From positions 736,001 through 800,000 of the forward strand of contig CBDAOB010000003.1 of NCBI GenBank assembly GCA_965197905.1: a stretch of DNA of 64,000 bases, read 5' to 3'. This document shows, piece after piece, positions 47,601 through 54,392 of this stretch (the stretch's first letter is position 1; each line of letters begins with the position of its first letter). Source of the DNA: Candidatus Latescibacterota bacterium (GTDB lineage Bacteria; Latescibacterota; UBA2968; UBA8231). The notes below the pieces were generated by a model. The model was not told the origin of the DNA and ran no database searches. It worked only from the letters and a program-made list of their open reading frames with translations. Both the position numbers and the translations under genes were made by a program.

Positions 47601-48709
47601 GGGATGTTCCGTCGGTAGAACGAACTCGACCGGGTCACTTGCTCGAGCAGGAGATACTCCTGGGTGGCGGAGCGGTCGCCCCTGGCAACCATACGCAGCG
47701 GAATCTTAAAGATGCTACCTCCGGAAAGGCGATCGGACACCTCCAGGCCGGTCGCATCCGTTTCAACCTCAATCAGCTGCTGATTGTCCACCCCGATCCA
47801 GCCGAGGAGCTCCAGACTGCGGGCGCTGAAGGGCGCGGGCCCGTCTTGACCGGTCCATCCGTGGGCACCCCATCCCATCAATCCCCAACGGCCGATGCCG
47901 GCGCTGTCCTCTTCAGGTGTGCCAAAAGCCCGGTCGTATAAGTCGGGGAGTCCCAGCCGGTGTCCGAACTCGTGGGCCATGGAACCAACCGTCTGGGCGT
48001 AGTTCCCCTCCTGCTGCAAGGCCCCATGCCTGATGGATCCGGCGATGGCGACCGTGCCGCCCTTGGCGGCAGCGTCATCGCTGTCGAGCATGAGCGAACC
48101 GAGGTTCGCAATGCCCGTGGCGCCTCCCGTAATGAATCCGCGAGGGGTGGACAGGGTGTTGACGAAGATGTAGTCGACGAACCCATCATCGTCACCGGAG
48201 TTCGGAACGCCATCCTCGCCGTCGTTGTCGAATTGCGACATGTCGACGTCCCGGTCGACCTGGGCCAAAATCTCGGCCAGGAATTCGTCATATTTGCCGT
48301 ATCGCGACGGGTCGTGCACCACGTATGCCGAAGCAGGGCGATCGGAGCTGTACCGTTTGGGCAGCACGCTACCATTGACCGTGAGCCGCGCACCGGACAT
48401 CTCGCTGAAAAAGTGAGAAAAGCTTCCTGGAAGATTCTCGTCGAAAAGCTTGCTGGCGAAGGGCGGCGCCGTCTGAATCTGTGGCGCCTCATTCTTGAAT
48501 TTCGCGTAGACGACGAGGACATTGACAGTTCCCGTCGTGTGTGACAAGGTCATCTTCGCCACCGCGCCGGCAGGTAGCGGCGGAGACTCGTATCCCGAAC
48601 AGACGAATTCTTGCGCGGCAAGCGGTACGGACGTACTGAGGCCCAGGAGGAGGGGGAGAATCCTTGGGGTGCATTTAAGATGCTCCAGTTTCCGTAAAGT
48701 ACCCAACAT
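41678..48709 (-). CDS. Giant secreted M6-family metalloprotease with internal repeats, FG-GAP/ASPIC region and FlgD-Ig tail
   Basis: HEFGHRLGLPDLY, WGLMG, repeated GDYDGDGDLDLY, IHFGLG..IVWPDG, NFPNPFN..WDGTDDAGR..TGIY. The ATG at 48709 has a GGAG RBS. Confidence 0.88.
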   Translation of the reverse strand: MLGTLRKLEHLKCTPRILPLLLGLSTSVPLAAQEFVCSGYESPPLPAGAVAKMTLSHTTGTVNVLVVYAKFKNEAPQIQTAPPFASKLFDENLPGSFSHFFSEMSGARLTVNGSVLPKRYSSDRPASAYVVHDPSRYGKYDEFLAEILAQVDRDVDMSQFDNDGEDGVPNSGDDDGFVDYIFVNTLSTPRGFITGGATGIANLGSLMLDSDDAAAKGGTVAIAGSIRHGALQQEGNYAQTVGSMAHEFGHRLGLPDLYDRAFGTPEEDSAGIGRWGLMGWGAHGWTGQDGPAPFSARSLELLGWIGVDNQQLIEVETDATGLEVSDRLSGGSIFKIPLRMVARGDRSATQEYLLLEQVTRSSSFYRRNIPGEGLLVWHVRPQLWGNADETAKTLDLVCADGLYADSGFPKGRLPDGRFGRDNLDYWAHDTAYSQLNGGNFGDATDPFDGVKAKRLDQFSNPSNNPWGHSSAATTGLSLDMNRRGTTMIVDVTQPRWAGIINERVDWAGDVVVDGDVRVAVDGELHIHGETNVRMSGSDRMRGGVDPNLSELEINGDLIVGDHSKSDVFFKSMQLGDSWYGILIDPADSSRIEVSSSNIVLDGVLHGFVFQRAPSGLLELMLDFNLDLVDTPTFDTAGNGDGRLNPGETIQLELTLDNWTLRNFKRLRPTLRWDSEFIEPAWERGNWTPRSKTLRVEESFDLDPGKSHVEVIPLRVSREAEPGTEIEIVVEYGRQIYASYNAAFAQIKRDTLKLVVEGEYPENDVDFEVPGHEILGRAAVVPRGVATPVRALVQGEISQADLMIRTLQEHDHVLTVSMEKLGMQGDAHIFEASIPPEYEGFYEIFVRVYGQNGYATFADSTLLLGRTSGEAEVLTFVSKEIDEESRANLVEILDQVMTARGQSHYMIDGAPEEGELYEVLLPAFARTGGTVLWMGEKISREARIHMRSFLEQGGRMMISSRQRSWGTFGREVLHIQQQSSRRTSMITGLDLQSSDPFNSSYSSLMLLDPAEPMLYDATSNAAAMRVDTGTFRMIYFPFDLGPLDAYITRSLLESGLAYLTSENISDVALEFETDELVGESVLLKGSEAPTVHIHAPEEVVRSELEVRLLPTMALVETVPLARKAGGGFTGSVRVPESGHFLYSARIFDEQGNSMPSSARRQVLRLMDRPNLVFVNQSISGRIRSFLREEIVHAMSKNNTSADIIDYPERDKRLYEELILSYAGENKALFWLGMFGANGVPEILQKFLDRHGRLFLGSKGGSPHSFAEFVETYLHTTAGNYEEKQLESVFSDSAGTFLSQGARITHRKLVPHEHAIPLILSTTGNAAGVHVDAGGYRAVFLAFDVARLPDIGEIVANAIPLLNQSLRQEMEMEIPGTIIRNDGALVLHGDSILLQVTTTAAVESVELLVRGSAFSRRGGGAPGGLVLPLVRSEDKDHRLFQIKFNPPAPGNYKIVARVRDKNGRRLMGSRLLTVEAVNFTRWSPVLIIDKHLKKGAPLVDDLRSILEKRGLEANVLNKSSDLSDKSLYDLLLRHYIGAGKFVIWLMPRINELEQNFVEEFAHQGGRILLATPYMAYSPTGGEFRSNILGIAPQLTRAGFGAFESVTGDRADGSINFASVRPNDGTESILQDTLGRVAAVRFDAGRFRTIFVGLDLPRTLSESRQRFLGDQITFLMGDVEAEVKPRLEIKSVLAPESAAAASDVVPRLLVSNGGNGKSQPFPVEYRILRDGRVVASYQQQQPPLVPFTDREIEFPSVSGLAGGNYELQFGISTSFESLATFLDPRPLELVEVPVTYSTVEIEADLNNSNGAGFFDFDGDNDLDFLLVRQGDEDQLLRNDGDAFRLVDAEVGLADEGVGRGFAVGDYDGDGDLDLYLVRQGQANRLLRNEDSQFTDVTTQFVGGEGGSLGDDGSGRSAGFWDADADGDLDLFLVNASPDTNRLFRNDGTAFVDMAAQKGLNDTGDGRGLSFGDFDRDGDADVLVANRNGPSRLYRNDTGQFTEVGEELGVPFSNDDVAGVFGDYDGDGFVDLFTTGETSDNRLFKNLDGTGFNWVTEERPGKLGTSCAGAAFVDTDNDGDLDLITTGVGSANGGDQLYNNGSDGWRSLGGFSGLEKESAGRGLSVADFDGDGDQDLLVADAVSSRLYRSELEESRWLQLDLIGIGGNRDALGAQILLVTQEGRQYKELHPGFGYGSQAPLEIHFGLGAGTRVDTLRIVWPDGRESIRTDLKANRQLQVSYPELPMSIAADGQALPEVLTLFPNFPNPFNAQTVINYHLPEASPVEFSIYNVTGQRIRHIVAAAERSGHHSITWDGTDDAGRAVATGIYMYQLSTGRDVRTSRLLLVK

Positions 48710-48838
48710 TTTGTACTCCGTCTGTTTGCGGAACACAGTGTCTTGGGGAGACCTGAGGTTCAACGGTCGCTCATCCACAACGCGGATGGCGGTGGGACAG
48801 GAGAAAAGAGTCGTGGGGGAAGTTCGAGTATATCCAAT

Positions 48839-48854
48839 TGCAACTTGTGTGCCA
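48839..48854 (-). promoter_or_regulatory. Sigma54 (-24/-12) promoter of the M6 protease gene
   Basis: Minus strand reads TGGCAC-ACAAG-TTGCA. Confidence 0.75.
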
Positions 48855-48884
48855 AACCCTTTATGATTCTTATATCTTGTTTAA

Positions 48885-48897
48885 TATCAATATCTTA
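48885..48897 (+). promoter_or_regulatory. IHF binding site
   Basis: TATCAAtatcTTA matches WATCAANNNNTTR, about 30-45 bp upstream of the sigma54 -24 box. Confidence 0.6.
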
Positions 48898-49027
48898 TGT
48901 GGATCTCATCGTCCCAATAACCACATGATACCATATATTTTTACGCAATTAGCATTTTAAGACTTGACATTCGCCCTCTTATTGGTTATCTTAAATATAA
49001 GAAAAACAAGCAATACGGGAGCGAAGA

Positions 49028-49897
49028 ATGAACTTGATTACCGTGACAGAGAGATTCCCGACGCAAGAATCCTGCATTGCTCATCTGGAGCGGATACGCT
49101 TCGGCGATGAGCCCTTTTGCCCCTTGTGCGGCACGGTCGGGGAATGCGCCCGCAAGAAGCAGGGGAATGTAATCGGGCGTTGGAACTGTCACGCTTGCAA
49201 ATCCAGCTTCAATGTCTTATCCCAGACCATGTTTCAAGGCACGCATCTTCCCTTGCAAAAGTGGTTCTGCGCCATCGCCCTGATCGTGAACGCCAAGAAA
49301 AGCCTGTCCAGTTGCCAGCTCGGGCGTGACTTGAACCTGAATCAGCGGTCCGCCTGGTACATGCAACAGCGCATCCGGGCTGAAATGGCTACCAAGCAGG
49401 GAAGAATCAGGTTAACTGGACTCATCGAAGCCGACGAGACCTACGTCGGCGGACGCCCCAGGAAGCGCAACAGGCGCGACGACGACAAACCCAACCTCAG
49501 AGGACGGGGAACGCGCAAGACCGCGGTTATCGGCGCTGTGGAGCGCTCAGGGAAGGTTGTGGCTCAGGTCGCCGACGATCTCTCCGCTAAGGGCGTGCTC
49601 GAGTTTATCAAACGTGCCATCAATCCTGACGCCTCGACGTTGGTCACGGACGAATATGGGGCCTACAACGTAGTGCGGCGGATCATGGATCACTGCGTGA
49701 TTCAGCATTCCAAGCGTTATGTTGATGGCACGATTCACACGAACACGATCGAAGGCGTGTGGTCTTTGCTCAAGCGGGCGTGGTATGGATCGCATCATCA
49801 CTACACGCCGCTTTACGTGGCCGAGGCTTGTTTCAAGTACAATCACCGCGACGACGACAACGCCTTCGGTTCTTTCCTACAAGGGTGCTTCAAGTAA
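49028..49897 (+). CDS. IS1595-family DDE transposase
   Basis: Zn ribbon CPLC..CHAC, EADETYVGG, VTDE, HTNTIEGVWSLLKR. Confidence 0.95.
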   Translation: MNLITVTERFPTQESCIAHLERIRFGDEPFCPLCGTVGECARKKQGNVIGRWNCHACKSSFNVLSQTMFQGTHLPLQKWFCAIALIVNAKKSLSSCQLGRDLNLNQRSAWYMQQRIRAEMATKQGRIRLTGLIEADETYVGGRPRKRNRRDDDKPNLRGRGTRKTAVIGAVERSGKVVAQVADDLSAKGVLEFIKRAINPDASTLVTDEYGAYNVVRRIMDHCVIQHSKRYVDGTIHTNTIEGVWSLLKRAWYGSHHHYTPLYVAEACFKYNHRDDDNAFGSFLQGCFK

Positions 49898-49983
49898 TTG
49901 CGGATTCGCCGTTGGCCTGGCCTCGAAGTGAGGAAGCTTACGGGAATTATCGCAAACCACTTTAGGGGGAAAGGCCAAAGTCG

Positions 49984-50422
49984 TTAATAAGAGAAGGTAA
50001 AATGACCGTCACATGACACCGTTAAAACGCCTCGTTTTAAAACGTCTTGGCCTAAAAGAACTCCATACTTAGCATTTGAACCAGGATTGAAATGTATAGC
50101 TTGAACCAACATAAGTTGTAATTTTGCTCCATTCGGATCTTGTTCGTCTTCAAACGCGAATCCAACCAGAACGTTATAAGCGTTCATGGTTACAGCCCGC
50201 GTTATAAGCGTTCATGGTTACAGCCCGCTCAGAGTTTTGAATATCTACTTGCCCGATTGGTTCTAAGTTTAGAGCTTCAACAACTGACGGTGATATGCAT
50301 GTGTATGGGGCTCCAGTGTCAACTAATGCGGTGCAAGGATGGATATTATCTTCATCGACAGCTATAGCAACGTCACATGTAATGCCAACTGCCCAGTCAA
50401 ACCGAGATACTACCACGGACAT
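49984..50422 (-). pseudogene. Retropepsin-like aspartyl protease split by a 28-bp tandem duplication
   Basis: ALVDTGA and LLGQDVL lie in two ORFs. Removing one repeat copy gives 411 nt in one frame. Confidence 0.8.
50173..50228. repeat. 28-bp perfect tandem duplication
   Basis: GTTATAAGCGTTCATGGTTACAGCCCGC occurs twice. Confidence 0.95.
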
Positions 50423-50654
50423 GAGAAAAATACCCCAAATCTATAGGTCGTGAAGATACCTTTTGAATGGAAAATAATTTTCCAGGCAGGAACGTTTTTC
50501 CTGCTTCAATAGCATCCTGGCCGGTTTCAAACAAAGCCACAATTCCCCCGTTATGCATTAGAGCCGTTTTCCCATAATCGGTCTTGGACAGATTTGCAAG
50601 TTGCTCTTTGAAAGCATGGTAATTTCTCTCCACTTCTTCCTGCTGGGTTGGCAT
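50397..50654 (-). CDS. Small DUF5678-like protein paired with the aspartyl protease
   Basis: NYHAFKEQL..YGKTALMHNGGIV..F.T..DAI..G; overlaps the protease start. Confidence 0.6.
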   Translation of the reverse strand: MPTQQEEVERNYHAFKEQLANLSKTDYGKTALMHNGGIVALFETGQDAIEAGKTFLPGKLFSIQKVSSRPIDLGYFSHVRGSISV

Positions 50655-50759
50655 GTGAGTACCCTCGTGGCTTTTAGTGGGTGCTACACTGAAAACCTAG
50701 TCGAATGGTGTATACGCTATAATACGCGCATTTGAGCGTATTATCAAGAATTATTCAGT

Positions 50760-50984
50760 TCACCCAGTTCCCAACCCCGGGCTCTTGCCAATTTCAACAT
50801 AAAAATCTCCATCCAAATGCAAGAAGCGTTCTTCGAATTCGCTATAAGGTATGATTGTTTCTGGTTCACAAACCAACCTTAAGATTTTCGCATATCCCAA
50901 CTTCTCTTCTATTATTCCTTTGCTTGTGTCTGTTCCTCCCGTTTGATGCTCCAATAGAATAACTGTTCCAATTGGCGAAGCCAT
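50760..50984 (-). CDS. Small hypothetical IS cargo protein
   Basis: AGGAGG RBS, 74 aa, low GC. Confidence 0.55.
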   Translation of the reverse strand: MASPIGTVILLEHQTGGTDTSKGIIEEKLGYAKILRLVCEPETIIPYSEFEERFLHLDGDFYVEIGKSPGLGTG

Positions 50985-51021
50985 GATACCTCCTTCTAAA
51001 AGTTGGGTAGTATCCTAATAA

Positions 51022-51078
51022 CCGAATGTCAAGATTGTCGCCAGTCCAAATTGTTCTATTTTTGAAGTTGGGTTCCAT
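51022..51078 (-). pseudogene. N-terminal remnant of a site-specific DNA methyltransferase
   Basis: MEPNFKNRTIWTGDNLDI resembles N4/N6 MTase starts, but no DPPF/Y motif follows. Confidence 0.5.
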
Positions 51079-51214
51079 TGCGCGTTGACAAGGGGAATGT
51101 ATTGAAGTTACTTCGCGAGGGCAAGTCTTAAAATGCTAATTGCGTATTTTTATCGGTCGGGCTCGGGTGCAAGCGGGAGGCCTCCTGGTTTTTGTTCTCG
51201 TCCGCACACGCTTG

Positions 51215-53203
51215 TCACTTGGGCCATCCGTGAACGTAATGCCCGGCCGCGGGAAACCAGACGTAATCGACCGCGGTTGACAGTATTACCCCCAGCACGT
51301 AGGCGATCCCCAATCCATAGAAGAAGGGTTTTCCTGCCAGGTAGGCACGAACTCCGCCGTAGTGCAGCAGGGTCAGTTTGATGAGCCAGATCACGAAGAT
51401 ATTAGCCCCGTACCACCAGGTGGCATGGGTGGACTGGAAGATCAGACCAATGGGATGGATCGGAAACCAGTGAAACCGGGCGCGCAGGAAGGTGATGGAT
51501 GCGGCCTCGAAAAAGCCGCTCCACCAGATGGCCCACTTGCCCCAGTGGGGCGCGATCGGATTATCGAGCAGGTGGACGATCCCGTCGTAGAAGAACACAG
51601 GGCTGGCGCTGCCGGCCGTACCGTCCGCATAGGAAAGCTCGATGACCCCCCACACGGCCACGCCAAAGCCGACCACAAACGAGATGAAGACGGCGGACGT
51701 GGCCCGCGCGGGCCGGAGCCTGAAGGAAAAGATCCGCAGATGGTGGGCGATCGCCGGCCACGCCGGAATGCAGAATCCTCCAAAAAAAGCGTAGCTGGTG
51801 AACATCTTGTACGGCACCAGCTTCTCGGCCGACACGTAGACCGAGCCGATCAGCTCCATGGAGAACGATTCTCCCTTCAGATAGGACCGGTTGGGATAGA
51901 CGTAGGCGATGCCGCTGGCGGCCACCAGCTTTACAGTGACAAAGTACACCATGCTCATCAGCGCAAAGGTCCCAATTGCCATGAGCGGGCTCACCCCCAG
52001 ATGCATGGCCCACGCGATGACATAAACCGCCGCCAGCACCATTCCGGCCACGGCCAGTCGATAAGCTCGCACTTCGCGGGGATCGCCCTCGCCGCTCCGC
52101 ACCTGGCGCCACACCTGCCGCAGGTAGCTGCGGGCGATCCAGATCGACCACAGCCCCACGAAGACCATGGCCCCGTTGCTCTCGGTGTGAAGGATCATCT
52201 GACGGTCGAGAAACTTCCATCCGGAGAAGTCCAGGCTCGGAGTGCCCAAGTGCTTCATCAGACCCAGCTTGATAGTGGCGATCCAGTGGAAGAGCACCAT
52301 GCTGCCGAGGATGTCCACCGGGCACAGGTAGATGACCATCAGCATCAGCGGCATCAGGCGGATATATCCCACAAAGAGACCGTCGCCGAAATTGTAGACA
52401 TAGTGGGTCCAGAATAGGTCGAACGACGGCAGCCCCGGGGTGAAATAGGTGCCGATGTTATAGAGCTGGGGCAGAAACACCACGCCGCAACCGATCCAGA
52501 AGAGCCGCTTGTAGAAGATCTCCGGGAAGCGGCGCTTGCCGTCGAACCCATCGGTCATGTCCGCCGGCAGCTGTGCCAGCGGATAGGTGAGTTTTTCGGC
52601 GTCCTGCCATTGGCGCTGGAAAACCACCAGAAGACAGTAGCCGAACGCCACCATGGCTACCGAGAGTCCCATCCAGTTTGCGATTGGTCCCAGCCAGCCG
52701 TCCCAGGGAATGGCCATACCCTCGGGCAAGCCGTACCAGAAATAGTCGATCACCCGCGAGGTCGTGGGGGGCAGGACGTGCCAGGGCAGGTAGTCGAAGA
52801 AGCTCTCGGCCCAGCGGTTTTCAGCGTCGGCAAAATGGGCCGGGGTCGCCAGGATCGAGGCCAGGGACGGGATCCACACCGGGATAGCGGCCACCACCCA
52901 GGTCATGGAGAAGAGGGTCAGCATTTCACCCCGGCGCAGTGCCAGGCGCGGCCAAACGAGCTTGAGTGCCACGTTGGCTACGAGCCAGAGTACGAAGGGC
53001 ATGAACGCCGCGATGGGGTACTGCGACTGAACGTACCGACCCGAACCCTGGCGTTGGGCGATCAGAATGATGTAGTAGAACATCGCCGCAATGGTCAACA
53101 CGCCCAGGACCACCGCGCGGACGGTAATCAGGGGCGGGTCCGACCGAGCGGGCCCCTTTATGTCTTCCGAAGTCGCCAACGCTGGCAGTCGCCTTCGAAC
53201 CAT
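51215..53203 (-). CDS. Polytopic membrane protein (DUF6785/DUF6784-like)
   Basis: ITVRAVVLG, QWQDAEKLTYPL, WFPIHPIG, KPFFYGL; many TM helices. Confidence 0.7.
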   Translation of the reverse strand: MVRRRLPALATSEDIKGPARSDPPLITVRAVVLGVLTIAAMFYYIILIAQRQGSGRYVQSQYPIAAFMPFVLWLVANVALKLVWPRLALRRGEMLTLFSMTWVVAAIPVWIPSLASILATPAHFADAENRWAESFFDYLPWHVLPPTTSRVIDYFWYGLPEGMAIPWDGWLGPIANWMGLSVAMVAFGYCLLVVFQRQWQDAEKLTYPLAQLPADMTDGFDGKRRFPEIFYKRLFWIGCGVVFLPQLYNIGTYFTPGLPSFDLFWTHYVYNFGDGLFVGYIRLMPLMLMVIYLCPVDILGSMVLFHWIATIKLGLMKHLGTPSLDFSGWKFLDRQMILHTESNGAMVFVGLWSIWIARSYLRQVWRQVRSGEGDPREVRAYRLAVAGMVLAAVYVIAWAMHLGVSPLMAIGTFALMSMVYFVTVKLVAASGIAYVYPNRSYLKGESFSMELIGSVYVSAEKLVPYKMFTSYAFFGGFCIPAWPAIAHHLRIFSFRLRPARATSAVFISFVVGFGVAVWGVIELSYADGTAGSASPVFFYDGIVHLLDNPIAPHWGKWAIWWSGFFEAASITFLRARFHWFPIHPIGLIFQSTHATWWYGANIFVIWLIKLTLLHYGGVRAYLAGKPFFYGLGIAYVLGVILSTAVDYVWFPAAGHYVHGWPK

Positions 53204-53279
53204 GACGCGTAACTCAAGTCTGATTGCCTCGGTCTGTACCTACTTGAAAGCCGGCATCTTGCCAACTATACTCGCGTTC

Positions 53280-54368
53280 ATGGCGATGCTACTCTCTGTA
53301 GTGATGATATGCTGCTTCCTGGGTTTTGCTCAATGCTCCAATGAGTCGAACCAAACCTTCGACACCGGCGAGGGCCCACGCTTCGATCTCAAAACAGCCG
53401 CGGCGTACTACGAACTCGGCACCAGGCTCCACTCGCAGGGCGACATTGCCGGCGCCATGCGAACCTTCCAGCAGGCCGTTCGTATGGATCCGGAGTACGC
53501 CCCTGGCTACTATGGAGTGGCTACGATCTTCTACAGCGGTCGCGAGTTCGATCGCGCCATCGAGGCGTATCGCCAGACCATAAGCGTCGACCCCACCCAC
53601 ATCAATGCCCATTACAACCTGGGGCACTCCCTCAAGAAAATGGGTGACCTGGATGGCGCCAAATGGGCCTTTCGCCAGACCATTCGCCTGGATCCGAAAT
53701 TCACCCGCGCGCGCAACAGTCTGGGTAAAATTTTCCTCGAACAGGGCCACGAGGACAGCGCCGCGCGTGAATTCCGGGAAGGGCTCCGCTACGACCCCGA
53801 TAATGCCAGCCTCCACACCAACCTGGGTGTTGCGCTTTGGACGGATCGCGATCTGGACGGCGCGGTGGAGGTGCTGGGTACGGCCATTCGCCTCGATCCC
53901 AACCAGGGCAGAGCCCACTACGTGCTGGGCAACATCCTGAAAGAGCAGCACGACCCGGACGGGGCTATTGAGCATTACCGTGCAGCCATCCGGCTAGCCC
54001 CGGAGTACTCCGCCAATGCCCACTACCACCTCGCTCTGGTACTCATAAAGAAGGGGGAGGTGGACGAGGCAATCCGTAACTTCCGCCACGTTGTGCGGCT
54101 CGATCCCGGCCACAGCCGCGCCTACAACAACTTGGCCGCAACCCTTTACCAGCAGGGGAACAGCAAGGCGGCAGCCCGCGAGTACCGACAAGCCATCCGC
54201 ATCAAGCCCGATTTCGCCGGTGCCCGTCTTGGTCTGGCGACCATCCTCATGGAGCAGGGACAGAGGGCCGGTGCCATAGAACAGTACCGCGAAATCGTTC
54301 GCACAGGCGACGACCAACACCTGCAGGACATGAGCGCAAAGATCCTCCGCTCCCTGGGCGAGCGGTGA
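53280..54368 (+). CDS. Tetratricopeptide-repeat protein
   Basis: Multiple 34-aa AHYNLG..GD.DGA...R..IRLDP repeats after a hydrophobic N-terminus. Confidence 0.9.
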   Translation: MAMLLSVVMICCFLGFAQCSNESNQTFDTGEGPRFDLKTAAAYYELGTRLHSQGDIAGAMRTFQQAVRMDPEYAPGYYGVATIFYSGREFDRAIEAYRQTISVDPTHINAHYNLGHSLKKMGDLDGAKWAFRQTIRLDPKFTRARNSLGKIFLEQGHEDSAAREFREGLRYDPDNASLHTNLGVALWTDRDLDGAVEVLGTAIRLDPNQGRAHYVLGNILKEQHDPDGAIEHYRAAIRLAPEYSANAHYHLALVLIKKGEVDEAIRNFRHVVRLDPGHSRAYNNLAATLYQQGNSKAAAREYRQAIRIKPDFAGARLGLATILMEQGQRAGAIEQYREIVRTGDDQHLQDMSAKILRSLGER

Positions 54369-54392
54369 GTAACCTGGACCGTCAGACCCACG

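Larger units (their letters stand above)
48944..51144 (+). mobile_element. IS1595-family element with passenger genes (2201 bp)
   Basis: Perfect 23-bp TIRs CGCAATTAGCATTTTAAGACTTG at 48944-66 and 51122-44. 8-bp TSD TATTTTTA at 48936-43 and 51145-52. Confidence 0.95.

Noticed and set aside
49790..49815. Transposase appears a few residues short at HHHYTPLY
   Set aside because: The frame is intact and I cannot confirm a deletion without an alignment.
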